A program made the translations under genes and the position numbers. A stretch of DNA of 64,000 nucleotides. Source: Octopus sinensis (taxonomy: Eukaryota). Positions within the stretch are counted from its first letter, which is position 1; every line of letters starts with the position of its first letter. Shown here in pieces: positions 12,051 to 24,575 of this stretch. Under the pieces are notes generated by a model. It had not been told where the DNA came from, ran no database searches, and saw nothing but the letters and a program-made list of their open reading frames with translations. Location of the stretch: positions 195,672,001 through 195,736,000 of the forward strand of contig NC_042998.1 of NCBI RefSeq assembly GCF_006345805.1, written 5' to 3'.

Positions 12051-12156
12051 GGGCACCATGAGTGTCTTTTGTGGAGTCCACTCTGTTTCAAGCATTCGAG
12101 TCAAGTCTCTGATTTGAGGATAACTTCCTCCTTCCTTCCATCTTGTCTTTGAAGCC
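12051..12156 (-). CDS. Candidate internal exon, 106 nt, ASKTRWKEGGSYPQIRDLTRMLETEWTPQKTLMVP
   Basis: Acceptor CCATTTACAG, donor CCC|GTAAGT; one open frame (phase 2 to phase 0); it splices in frame to 8250 giving ...TLMVP|GSSSVTYV... Confidence 0.5.
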
Positions 12157-12189
12157 CTGTAAATGGTCATCGGCATTGCTTTACCCCCT

Positions 12190-12428
12190 TACCTATTTCT
12201 GTACTACTCACAAGGGGCCAAACACAGAGAGGACAAACAAGGACAGACAAACGGATTAAGTCGATTACATCGACCCCAGTGCGCAACTGGTACTTATTTA
12301 ATCGACCCCAAAAGGACGAAAGGTAAAGTCGACCTCGGCAGAATTTGAACTCAGAACGTACAGACGGACGAAATACCGCTAAGCATTTCGCCCGGCGTGC
12401 TAACGATTATGCCAGCTCGCCGCCTTAC
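12190..12428 (-). mobile_element. SINE S2 (head plus one unit)
   Basis: Family consensus, inverted relative to the copy at 11235. Confidence 0.85.
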
Positions 12429-13964
12429 CCCCTTACCAGTAATTAAAAGATGAAGGAATATGCTGTTGTGTTACTTTAGATGAGATCTGACCCTACAGAT
12501 ATAAAAGGATTGAAGCTGTGACTCCCTAATATTTTTCTTTTCAAGGGTTGCGTATCCAGGAAATCAGCATCCAGTGTTTCCTTTTTTGAAGACATTAGTG
12601 TATGGTCTGAGTGAAATTTAATCGTCGTGGGGCCACGTAGCTTTATGTATATCTAACGGGAGACGGATGATGCGGCGGTATCAGTACTCTAGCCTGATTA
12701 TATCAAGTGAGACAAATGTTGATGTTGTTTAACCCTAGGATAACCTAGGTTACGAGATTAACTGGCTAGATGTATATACATACACATCATTGAACTTTCT
12801 AGACGCAGTTGTACACAAACGTGTACAGATTCATATTCATACAGACATACACACATACACGCACAGATACGTGACTGCAACCAGGTGAATGTTATAATAC
12901 GTTAATCTATTAATACTATTACCATATATTTAGCTTTACATCAATTTATAATGATAATTACATAATTACGTTATTAACAGTCTAACTTCGAGCCAATGGA
13001 AAGCCTCTAGGAGGCTATCAACCTCCTAGAAATAGGAACCAAATTGAACTGTACCATACCATATCATAGCATATCAAATAATAAGATAAGATACATTGCA
13101 TAATGTAACTAGATATAACACTGAAGAAGATGTGATGCTATCATTCGATTGCCTTTGCTCACTGATCTGTTATATCAACAACAACAGCTAACAATAGTCA
13201 AGTTAGTTCTAATATTTTAATGCAAGGAGTAGGAAACATCGAATTAAAAAAGTGTGATGGCGCATAGATAACATGAGCTCAATATTTAATTATGGACAAG
13301 TAGGGGAGACAACCGTAGCTGTAATCTTAAACCAAACTCCATTTTTAAACTCTGCCTCTAAAATCCAGCCTTAACCCATAAACGGAAAACTAAATCCTGA
13401 CTCTAAAATCTAACACTAAACCTTGAATATAGGCGTGTACAGTTATACCTCACGCGTGTACACTGAAACGTGGCAAGACATTCGTTGCAGATACTGTCTT
13501 GGAAGAGAAATTATCCTCATTGACAATGTCTGAGAAAACACACCGAGCTGGGCTTTGAATAACGTCATTGGGCTGTAGGGCACATGTTTCGGAACTATTG
13601 AGCCTCATTAGCTACGGAACGGAATCTACCGTTCTTATCTCACTAAGAACTGTTGGGTCTTATATTTAAACAGCAAATAATGAACTTGCTAATGTGTACA
13701 AAGCTTTGCAAGGCTAAAATTAATTAATTAGAAGTGCTCTAATAGTAGGACACGCCCTAAACCTAAACCCCAAACTGTAAACCTAAACCTTAAAACTCAA
13801 CTTTGATACAGCAAGGAACCAACCAACCTAACTCATCTTCTGTTTCGGAACTTAACAACATTAATATTCACAACATGCAAGATTTGTAACTATAGTATTC
13901 TTGATGGCAGCATAGTAGTTAATATGTCAAGAAAATTCCAAAGTGTACTTTCTACATATCATTT

Positions 13965-14365
13965 ATCTATCTTTTACTTGTCTTAGGCATTTGACTGCGG
14001 CCATGCTGGGGCATCATCTTGAAGGGTTTTAGTCGAACAAATCAACCCAGGATTTAGTTTTTTAAAGCCTAGTACTAATTCTATCGAACCGCTAGGTTAC
14101 GGGAACGTAAGCGCACCAACATCGGTTGTAAAGCGGTGGTGGGGGATACAAACACAAAGACACACACAGATATATACAAATACACACACACACACACACA
14201 CATAGATACGACAGGCTTCATTCATTTTCAGCCAACCAAATACACTTACAAAGCTTTGGTCAGCCCGAGACCACAGTAGAAGACATTTGTTCAAGGTACC
14301 ACGTAATGGGAGTGAACCCGGAACCATGTGGTTGGGAAGCAATCTTTTTAGCACACAGCCACACC
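13965..14365 (-). mobile_element. SINE S1, diverged
   Basis: Family consensus. Confidence 0.8.
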
Positions 14366-14449
14366 TTTGTTAACAAAGATTAAACAAAATAAATAAATGA
14401 TAAATATAAAATAGTGAAACCGCGGCTTGTAAAATTTAGATAACGAAAT

Positions 14450-14491
<42 letters not shown>

Positions 14492-14870
14492 ATATATATT
14501 ATATAAGACAGAAAATGGAGAGATATCGATGAAAAAAATTGACTTACACCAATTATCATTTATTAATTCAATATAAATAGATTGCATCCCATCTAACAGC
14601 TGTTTCTGCCTCCAATGTTGCATGGTATTGCCTTTGATACACACATACAAACACACACAAAGACACACACACACACGCACACAAACACACACACACACAC
14701 ATATATATATATATGTGTGTGTAATCCTCATACTTACAACATCTGAGGGCTTCTTTGCAAATTGTTGGCGGGACTCAAATATCACAATCGACTTCAGCAT
14801 TATGATTGACAAAGAAAGTGTAGGTTGTCGGATTCCTCATACGTCGAAACTGACGGGAGAGCTCTTCATA

Positions 14871-14944
<74 letters not shown>

Positions 14945-14973
14945 CCTACCTACCTACCTACCTACCTACCTAC

Positions 14974-15026
<53 letters not shown>

Positions 15027-15864
15027 ATTCTATTTATATGTCTGTCTGTCCGACCTCCGTCCGTCTGTCTGTCTGTCTGTCCGTCTGTCCATCTGGCTGT
15101 CTGTGTACGTATGTGTGCGTGTACGTGCGTACGTGCGCGTTTGTGTGCGCATGCGCCCCTGTGCGCCCGTGCACGCCCGTGCGTGTTTGTGTGCGCATGC
15201 GCCCGTGTGCGTTCGTGCGTGTGTGCGTGCGTGCGTGTGCATGTGTGTGCGTGCGCGCGGGAGTCACTGAACTGTCTAGACATTTGCTGTTGTTGATGTT
15301 GTTTAACCCTAGGATAACCTAATTATGCTGTGTAATGACCAAATGCATTCCAATTGAATCAATTCCAGTCCTTTTTTTATTCAAATATAATACTCCCAGG
15401 ACTGACTACCCCAACTCATGCGTCGTTACCTTTTTTTAAAGACATTTTAAGGCAATAAGGTGTAACTGTGAGAGATTCGACTGATATTTCTAGCAGAATG
15501 AGCAACCATATAGAGGCTTCCAAACTGCTTTCTATGAATGCAGATTTTGATAATAGAATCTAAAATTGCAGTTAGTGAAATTCAGGTTACGAGATTAACC
15601 GGCTAGATGTACATATATACATAAACGTCATTGAACTTTCTAGAAGTTTATTTTTTTTGGTGTTACTACTGCTGCTGTTGTTACTGTTTTATTGTTGCTG
15701 TTGTTGTTGTTGTTGTTGTTGTTATTGCAACTACCATGACTGTGTCACATGAACACCCTGTCGTAGTACCGTGCATATATCGTGTGTTGGAGCATGTTTT
15801 ATTGTCTGCATACATGGGTTAACAATACCACCTACGAACCTCCCCCCAAGCTTTTTAACTCTTT

Positions 15865-15917
15865 CTCCATATATTTCTCTCTTTCTCTCTCTCTTTCTCT
15901 CTTGTCCTCTCTCTATC

Positions 15918-15960
<43 letters not shown>

Positions 15961-16353
15961 TTCTCTATTGGTCTCTTTTCCTCTCTTTATTTCTCTCTTT
16001 CTTTCCCTATTTCTCTGTTTCTCTCTTTTCTCCCGTCTTTATTTTCTCTCCCTCTCTCTCTATTTCTCTCGTTCCATATCTCTCTTTCTCTCTCTCTCTT
16101 CCTCTCTTTCTCTTTCTCTCTTGTCCTCTTGTCCTCTCTCTATCTTTCTCTGTTTCTCTCTCTCTCTCTTTCTCTCTTTCTCTATTGGTCTCTTTTTCTC
16201 TCTTTATTTCTCTCTTTCTCTCCTCATTTCTCTCTTTCTCTCCTCATTTCTCTCTTTCTCTCTTTTTCCCGTCTTTATTTCTCTCCCTCTCTCTCTATTT
16301 CTCTCGTTCCATATCTCTCTTTCTCTCTCTCTTTCTCTCTTGTCCTCCCTCTA

Positions 16354-16389
<36 letters not shown>

Positions 16390-16590
16390 CTCCCGTCTTT
16401 ATTTCTCTCCCTCTCTCTCTCTATTTCTCTCGTTCCATATCTCTCTTTCTCTCTCTCTCTCTCTCTCTTTTCTCCCATCTTTATTTCTCTCCCTTTCTCT
16501 CTATTTCTCCCATTCCATCTCTCTCTCTCTCTCTCTCTATTACTCTCTTTCTCTCTCTCTTTCTCTCTTTTCCTCTCTCTATCTTTCTCT
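15865..16590. repeat. (CT)-rich array with a higher-order unit (…TTTCTCCCGTCTTTATTTCTCTCCCTCT…TATTTCTCTCGTTCCATATCT…)
   Basis: The unit recurs about four times within the CT tract. Confidence 0.85.
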
Positions 16591-16910
16591 GCAGCACACA
16601 CGCGCACACTCACATACGCGGGCGTACACACAATCGCGCGCGCAGACCGTCCCTAACACGTACAAATGTGCATATCCAATCACGCAAAAGTACACCAACC
16701 CCAGAATCGCTGTATGCAATATATGACCCAATTAGTTAACGAGCGGCTTCTATAGTAATTTAAACTCAGAGATAATACAGCAACATTACACCTCCCTTCC
16801 CTTGTAATCATCACCAAAAGCCTTCCATAACACGTCTGTCCAAATCGGTCGTTTGCTTTTCTTTCTCAAAGATAAACTTAACTCTATAGAAAAGACTCTT
16901 GCTGACTTAC

Positions 16911-17089
16911 AAATTAGGTTAGAATGATCCAAGACGTGCCCTGCTTCATATCTGGGAATCGAACTCAGTATTGCATGCTGATGAATTTTCGTAAACTTTA
17001 TAATATTGCCACTGTTTATGAGAGAAAAATCACTCCAGCCTATGATATATTTTATATTTAACGAAGGGACTTCTACGAAGTCGCTAAAC
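16911..17089 (-). CDS. Candidate internal exon, 179 nt, FSDFVEVPSLNIKYIIGWSDFSL...GHVLDHSNLI
   Basis: Acceptor TTTTGCTGCTATTTTTTGCAG, donor TTT|GTAAGT; only one frame is open (phase 2 to phase 1). Product not recognised. Confidence 0.5.
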
Positions 17090-17505
17090 CTGCAAAAAAT
17101 AGCAGCAAAATTTTTCACAAATCATTCTTTGTCGTCTGATAAAAAATATATCGGATAATGTAGTCCAGGATACATTATGTCTGGAAAATATAGGATGGTT
17201 ACGGTTGGACCACCTTTGATCATAGGTTTACTCTGTCATGGTTGACCTAGAGTTAAACATCAACAACATATAAATGATTAAACCGAACCCCTTGAAGTTA
17301 AATATTTTGGGTAAAGTTACAAGGCCTTTCTAGGATTGCTTTGGACTCCAGATCTCTGGGGTGCATGTCCAGCACCGATTTCACTTAGCCTTTCGCTTCT
17401 CTTCACCTCACTCCCGCGGTTCTACAGATTTTTTTTGATTAAATAAAGGGTCTTTGGTTGCAAAAGGGATGCAGTAAACGACACCCTTATCTTATTGGTA
17501 CTTAC

Positions 17506-19126
17506 TTTTTAGCAAACGTTGACCACGAAACTCTAGGCTAGACACGTCAAACTCCCGGCAGGAATTTCATCCGACCCGCGGGGCCATTTTGATATCAGCA
17601 TGAAATTGGTCCAAATGCTGGCATCAGCAAATAGAGTACTTTGCTGCTCTCAGCAACACCCATGCCTTCTGGTTACGACTACATATACAGTGTGTGTGGC
17701 TAAAGCAGGCCATTACATTATATATAGCACTACCTTTCTTACTAAGGGTGTCACCAAAAGTAGCAATAATTTAATACACGACTAGAAACAACATCACTGT
17801 AACTATTATACTCTGTCTGAACAAAAAAAAATACATTAAAGAGGCATGATAACCCAGTCACAAGTCTTAATTGTAACTACAACAAAGCATGCTGGGAAAT
17901 ACCTTCTTCGATTCTCTAATCGCGTGTTGTGAAGCGCTGATGACTCAAAATCTACATTTCAAGTGACGCTGCATCAATTGAACTTGTTTCACTTTCCCAG
18001 TTGCCAAGTAATGTTGAGCCAAGTCAGCGCCACGGTGTTCCCAAAGCAACACTTTACTGTTGATAAATTGAGTGCGCTCCACACTGAATTCGCATGGCGC
18101 TTTAGTGACTTTGAAGCACAGAAAAATAATTTCGAGCTGCTTCGCAACCCATTTGCTGGCAATGTGGAAACTGCACCTGTACATATTCAAATGGGGCTGA
18201 TTGAACTGCAGTGTTTACACGCAGTTCGAACGCTGTCTTTGTTTGGAAGCACATATCTGTAACGGCAGAAATTGATTGGTAAACATTATTAAGATGATAC
18301 CGGTGCATGAGGTTTTAAGGAAATATTTATTTACCGTTACGCTACAATACCTTGCCTCGACGGACAGGTTAATGATACATCCAAAAGCATGTGAAGTAAA
18401 GTTTGTGTTTGTGTCCTCTTCATTGTTTAGTAGTAAATACAGATTTAAATTTGGCTGTGGTGGATCGAATCCACTTCATATATGCAAGAACCACTACATA
18501 TCTGTACGAGCAGCTGTTCTCTGAGATGAAATAAATAAAACGTCACATAGGAGTCATCTCACAGATGAACACCTGCAACCCATCCTGAGAGTCTCAACAA
18601 CACAGAACCTTGCCCCAAACATCAATGAACTCATTGCCAAGAAAAAAAAATGCCAAGTATGTAGCTCGGGCAAAATTGTATAAAGAAAATTGAAAGTTTT
18701 GATTTATTATTTTGATTTTCACTAAAACGCACATATTTTATTTATAGTTTCTTTTTTTTTTTTGCATCATGTTCTTATTTAAATTTTTCATAATTTTGAG
18801 AGGAGATATTTTTACGCAGAGTAAGATATTTTAAGTAATTGAGTTAATTTATTTTTGGAATAAAATTATATACCATTTGTTTCAATACATGTTCATATTC
18901 AAAAAATTTTAGTCTGTTCAATAAATGCTTATCCTGTTCGGCCCGCGACCTAAACTGGGCCCCCTGTGCGATTGAGTTTGACACCCCTGCTCTAGGCTTA
19001 TCAGTGCATAACGCTGCACTGGGTTGTCGGTGAATGCTTCCAGACCGGACAATCGGTGAATGCTGACCCAAACGACGAATTACTGCTAACGTCTGTAGTC
19101 GTGGCGGGCACAGATGAGACATCCAA
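17506..19126 (-). pseudogene. Candidate 162-nt exon split by the hAT insertion (19126-18990 plus 17530-17506)
   Basis: After removing the element and one TSD, a stop-free frame runs from acceptor CCCTCAATAG to donor AAA|GTAAGT; it ends in phase 2, matching the start of the exon at 17089. Confidence 0.35.
17539..18989 (+). mobile_element. Internally deleted hAT (Charlie/Buster, GTF2IRD2-like) transposon with TIRs and 8-bp TSD
   Basis: TSD CTCTAGGC at 17531-17538 and 18990-18997. Right TIR GAGTTTGACACCCCTG; degenerate left TIR TAGACACGTCAAACTC. Peptides FELLRNPFAGNVETAPVHIQMGLIELQC, LFGSTYL and HRSHLTDEHLQPILRVS. Confidence 0.92.
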
Positions 19127-19469
19127 CTATTGAGGGACAATATGACTTATTGATTTGGGTAAGTCGTTCGACCGGATGATGATGGTGGCGGCGGCGGCGG
19201 TGGTGGTGTTGATGATGATGATGATGAAGTAAAAGTTTTAGTTAGAGATCAACGAATAAGAATTCAGGGGTGGCGAAACGAAGTGAGATGAATGTATGTA
19301 GTTAGTTACTTGAAAGGAAAAACGCTGTTGTAATAGCATAAAGACAGAAGTGAAGAAAGGTCACGGTATTAGCTGGAGAAGAGATATACATAGGAGAAGA
19401 GAAGATGTTATAGCGGTAGAATGCTGTGGCATCTATTAGATAAGAGAGGGCGCTATGTTAGAGCTAGAC

Positions 19470-19770
19470 AAGATAGAGATAAAAGAAGGAAAGGATTTCT
19501 TCCAGCTGAAGAACTCTCTTCTGGTCCAGAACTACCATAGATACACTGGAAGATACTTGACTACCGAAAAACGAGAACAGAGCGATCGAAAGTTACTTTG
19601 GTCAGATGGGGCTACAAAACCAACCCAACCATCTGTGAAGGTGGGGAAACAGGTCATACTATAAAGTACTCCCTTGTTTGCCCGTTACTACCCAATACAA
19701 GCAGCTCAAAAAAACCTTGCAGAGTTCCATAAAAGGGGCTAAGAACTGCGTTAAGAAATGGAAAACTGCC
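19470..19770 (+). pseudogene. Non-LTR retrotransposon C-terminal remnant (Ingi/Vingi-like)
   Basis: PAEELSSGPELP*IHWKILDYRKTRTERSKVTLVRWGY...ICEGGETGHTIKYSLVCPLLP resembles the LNRLRTG...KWG...C.CG...H...C tail. Confidence 0.5.
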
Positions 19771-20140
19771 ATGTTGCTATTATGTTTCGAAGAATCGAAT
19801 GGGAATCGCGTCTTGTCGTTTGACCAGATTCCACAAGTGTCCTGGGCTACACGACAACAAATACTTCAAAACAAACGAACAGGAATGTCTCAATATAGTC
19901 ATTCGACCAGCTGGGAATTAATCAGTTCGTCTTTAAAAAGAGAAGGATTGTAAGATAATGCAATCCCCACCAAAAAATGAAGAAGAAAAAACCCAGACAT
20001 GATGGTCACAGCAAAAATCTTTTTGATCATATGTCCACTGAATCGGAGTTGAAGTGGAGCTAAACAATAATTTCGGAGGGATGGAATAACGAAAGTTTCC
20101 TCAATGGAAAGAGAGAAACAGAGACAGAGGAAGAAAGAGG

Positions 20141-20208
<68 letters not shown>

Positions 20209-20753
20209 AAGGGAGAGAGAAAAGAGAGTAAGACAGAGAGGCAGACGAAGAGGAACAGAAACCGAATAGTGGTGATAGGGGGCCGCCGGTAACTATTTTA
20301 CCCACTTGAAAATTAGTTTCTTACTCTGCAACAGAAACTAGTTTGCAGTGCCGCTGCTTTTTGATATAGTTTTTGGGAAGTAACGTACGTTGACTTTTAA
20401 TTCCTCTGACACACTGAGCATACACTAAACTATTATTTTGGCATTCTAATCTAAACACACACATACATGCGTGTGCATGTGCGTGCGTGTATGTGTGTGT
20501 TGGTATATATATATAAAGGTTAATACCCTATAATGGGGTCTTCTCTCTCTCATGCATGTACACGCCCACGTATTGTAGGACATTAACACAAACAAAGCAA
20601 GCAGCATGTACATTTGCAAATGCAATTTACATCTGGAAATATGCTCAAAGAACTTTATATAATTTGTTTTATTGCAATTTTTTTTATCTATATTAAAACA
20701 TATAGCATACATACATACATATATATATATATATACATATTTACATACACATA

Positions 20754-20801
<48 letters not shown>

Positions 20802-20919
20802 TATATAAATCCCCCCCAAAACAGAACAAGAACGTAATGGACGACAATGAAAACATACGGACAGATGGACGATACAAAGACGGACAGGAAAACCAGGACG
20901 GAACGTTCGTGGCCTTTCT

Positions 20920-20957
<38 letters not shown>

Positions 20958-21059
20958 ATATAACGGGAAGCTTTATGAAAATAAACAAAAGACGAAGGCT
21001 GGTGGAGTACGAACAAACAATTGTATTAGTATGGCGCTCAGGAATATAAATAAAACAAG

Positions 21060-21097
21060 TCTTTTACGTTTCGAGCCTACGCTCTTCAACAGAAAGA
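21060..21097 (-). ncRNA. Minimal hammerhead-like motif, family H3 (U at core position 6, extra A after A9)
   Basis: TCTTT-CTGTTGA-A-GAGC-GTAG-GCTC-GAAA-CG-TA-AAAGA: 5-bp stem I, 4-bp stem II, palindromic ACGT; lies in a ~185-nt unit (20960-21145) between microsatellites. Confidence 0.5.
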
Positions 21098-21142
21098 TAC
21101 ACAGAAAAGAAACACGGAGAGAAACAAGGAGAGAAAAAAATG

Positions 21143-21174
<32 letters not shown>

Positions 21175-21181
21175 GATATAT

Positions 21182-21258
<77 letters not shown>

Positions 21259-21529
21259 GTATAATCACATGCATACTTATATGCTTAATGGCATTTCGTC
21301 CGTCTTTACACTCTGAGTTCAAATTCTGCAGACGTGGACTTCGCCATTCATTTTTCGGGGTCGATAAAGTAAGCACCGGTTGAGCACTAAGGTCGATGTA
21401 ATTGACTTACCTCCGTCCTTAAGTTGCTGGCCTTGTGCCAAAATTTGAAGTCACTATAATTTTGAGTGTTTTTGTGATTAATTCTGTATTCGTAATTTTA
21501 TTATATATACAGAATATATTATATATACA

Positions 21530-21930
21530 GGCGCAGGAGTGGCTGTGTGGTAAGTAGCTTGCTTCCCAGCCACATGGTTCCGGGTTCAGTCCCACTGCGT
21601 GGCACCTTGGGCAAGTGTCTTCTACTATAGCCTGGGGCCGACCAAAGCCTTGTGAGTGGATTTGATAGACGGAAACTGAAAGAAGCCCGTCGTGTATATT
21701 TATATATACATGTATATGTGTGTCTGTGTTTGTGTGTTTGTCCTCCCAACATCGCCTGACAACCGATGCTGGTGTGTTTGCGTCCCCGTCACTTAGCGGT
21801 TCGGCAAAAGAGATAGAATAAGTACAGACCTTACAAAGAATAAGTCTTGGGGTCGATTTGCTCGACTAAAGGCGGTGCACCGGCATGGCCGCAGTCAAAT
21901 GAATGAAACAAGTAAAAGAGTAAAAAAAAA
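21530..21930 (+). mobile_element. SINE S1, full length
   Basis: Head, A/B boxes, internal microsatellite and tail all present. Confidence 0.9.
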
Positions 21931-22294
21931 AAGAATAAAGAGAGTATATTTCCCAGAGTAGGAAAATCCTGGCATCCGTTGGTAGTAAGGCAATTCCACA
22001 AGGAAAGTGACCCAACATGTCGTGTAATTTGGTCTTGGTTAAGATAAAATTTCTTAATGCATTTTTGTGGTATCCGGCATGCCATACCTTTCAATGACAT
22101 TTCTATGTTACATTTAATCTCTTATGAAATTTAATTTTGTGAAAGACAAAGAAAAGGATTTATAAACATGCATGATAATTTTTATGTAACCGTTTCCTGA
22201 GATATAGAATGTATTTCATTCAAGGTTTCTTCCAAAATTAAAAAAAGATTAGGAAACGCAACCATGGAGCAAAGAAGCTAATTCGCACATGCGC

Positions 22295-22341
22295 GTGCGA
22301 GCGCACACACAGACACAGACACACACACAGACAGACAGACA

Positions 22342-22385
<44 letters not shown>

Positions 22386-22525
22386 CAGACACACACAGAC
22401 ACACAGACACACACACACAGACACAGACACACACACACACACAGACAGACAGACACACACACACAGACACACACAGACACACACCACACACACACACACA
22501 CAGACAGACACACACACACACACAC

Positions 22526-22578
<53 letters not shown>

Positions 22579-22661
22579 ACACAGACACACAGACACACAC
22601 ACACAGACACAGACACACACACACACACAGACAGACAGACACACACACACAGACACACACA

Positions 22662-22740
<79 letters not shown>
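22295..22740. repeat. (AC)n/(ACAG)n compound microsatellite
   Basis: Directly visible. Confidence 0.95.
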
Positions 22741-22741
<1 letters not shown>

Positions 22742-23494
22742 TGCACATACTGAAAGAGATAACAGAGTTAAGGCAGAAAGGGTGTTAGCGAGAGGAATAT
22801 GGCCCAAAAGAGAGTAATAGAAAGAGAAACTATTACAAGATACTAGTAAATATTTGGACACGAGCTATCATTTGTTTCCCATCTGTACAGCAACGGTTTC
22901 TCTGATAGTTAACAGACTGACAGTTAACAGACAATAAAAGCGAACCGTTACAAAGTTGCTCGGTTTGCTAGAAATAGAAGTCAGAACTTCTTCAACTCAC
23001 ACCCTCTCGTCTTCAATGAGAAAAAGAAGTCGTTGAATAATTTAGCCATTGACTGTCTGCAAAATGACGGGATGCTCATGGCTGGAACACCTTCCATCAT
23101 AAGGCTATTCAATCAGGGTTAACTTGGAGGTAAACAACAACAGCAACAATACATAAACACACATCCGCAGACACATACACACAGACACACCAACTCACAC
23201 ACACGTTCATACGCATGCACACACAGATATACTCATATACACATATGTAATATATCCTTCAAGTTCGTTGACGAATATACATATGGAGGAATTTCAACCG
23301 TGTTTCGTGGTCTGCTACCACAACAGCTCCTTTATAGGATCCAGTTAGCTCAAGACATCATCAAGAGGAACCACGTCCGGTTTCGGCCCCTACTTCTCTA
23401 CCGTTTTGCCGTGGCACTTAATTGTGCTCGTGACTTAGTGTTTTGCTTCTTCCATGGGTATGAATAAGTATTTCATTTATTTCTTTGCCACATT

Positions 23495-23547
23495 TATCAC
23501 TGACGAAGGGAGGGTTCTTACGAACTAACCCTGAAATCGGTCCGATA
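23495..23547 (+). ncRNA. Hammerhead-like motif, family H4
   Basis: TATCA-CTGACGA-AGGG...CCCT-GAAA-TCGG-TC-CGATA: canonical core, extended stem II, GUC triplet; one A-C mismatch in stem I. Confidence 0.45.
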
Positions 23548-23694
23548 TGGTAATAATGGAATTGTTTGGAAATTTCTGTCGGCCTTTTTTTCGAGTAGCG
23601 TGCGTATTGTGAAAAATTATATGGTTATGGACAATATGTTCAATTTCAGCATATTTGGCATTAGAAATTTTTTCGTTTGCCCTTATTTATAAGT

Positions 23695-23773
<79 letters not shown>

Positions 23774-23806
23774 TTAAAAATAAGCAACAAGAATGAATCC
23801 GGTAAT

Positions 23807-23892
23807 TTAGTACAATTGTTTCATACTACAACATTTTATTAAAAGCTGTAAATATTACAGCAGATTTAATATGCCGAGTAATCTTCAGCTAA
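23807..23892 (-). ncRNA. Type-I hammerhead motif with a 49-nt insert in stem II, family H2 copy 1
   Basis: TTAG-CTGAAGA-T-TACT-[49 nt]-AGTA-T-GAAA-CAATTG-TA-CTAA; palindromic ACAATTGT. Confidence 0.6.
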
Positions 23893-24168
23893 TTTTTATA
23901 TAGGTTTTCCAATAATATAAAGTTCTCAGATCAATTAATAACATCTTAGGGAAGGTAAATATACCGATAAAGATGTAGATATGAATCTCAGGAACATGAG
24001 GTAGTGTAGTTAGGATGCCAACCTGACCAAAACTTTGTTCACAATTGACTGTTGTAAGAAAATTTCCTTAGTGATAAGAATGGGGGTAAGGGCAGGTTAA
24101 GAAATCACGTTAGTTGAAGAAAAGGGGAAAAAATTCAGGAGATGTAAAAGACGAACAGATTGTCACTA

Positions 24169-24575
24169 GGTGCAGGAGTGGCTGTGTGGTAAGTAGCTTG
24201 CTAACCAACCACATGGTTCCGGGTTCAGTCCCACTGCGTGGCATCTTGGGCAACTGTCTTCTGCTATAGCCCCGGGCCGACCAATGCCTTGTGAGTGGAT
24301 TTGGTAGGCGGAAACTGAAAGAAGCCTGTCGTATATATGTATATACTTATATATATGTGTGTGTGTGTTTGTGTGTCTGTGTTTGTCCCCCTAGCATTGC
24401 TTGACAACCAATGCTGATGTGTTTACGTCCCCGTCACTTAGCGGTTCGGCAAAAGAGACCGATAGAATAAGTACTGGGCTTACAAAGAATAAGTCCCGGG
24501 GTCGATTTGCTCGACTAAAGGCGGTGCTGCGGCATGGCCGCAGTCAAATGAATGGAACAAGTAAAAGAGTAAGAG
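24169..24575 (+). mobile_element. SINE S1, full length
   Basis: Family consensus. Confidence 0.9.

Noticed and set aside
13574-13615. Minus-strand CTAATGA...CC-GAAA-CATG-TG hammerhead-like string
   Set aside because: G5 is lost, the triplet ends in G and stem I is out of register; single copy.
14622-16739. ORFs of 165-322 aa rich in YLSI, CV or SL repeats
   Set aside because: Microsatellite translations; the unique segment at 14720-14870 gave no phase-consistent exon.
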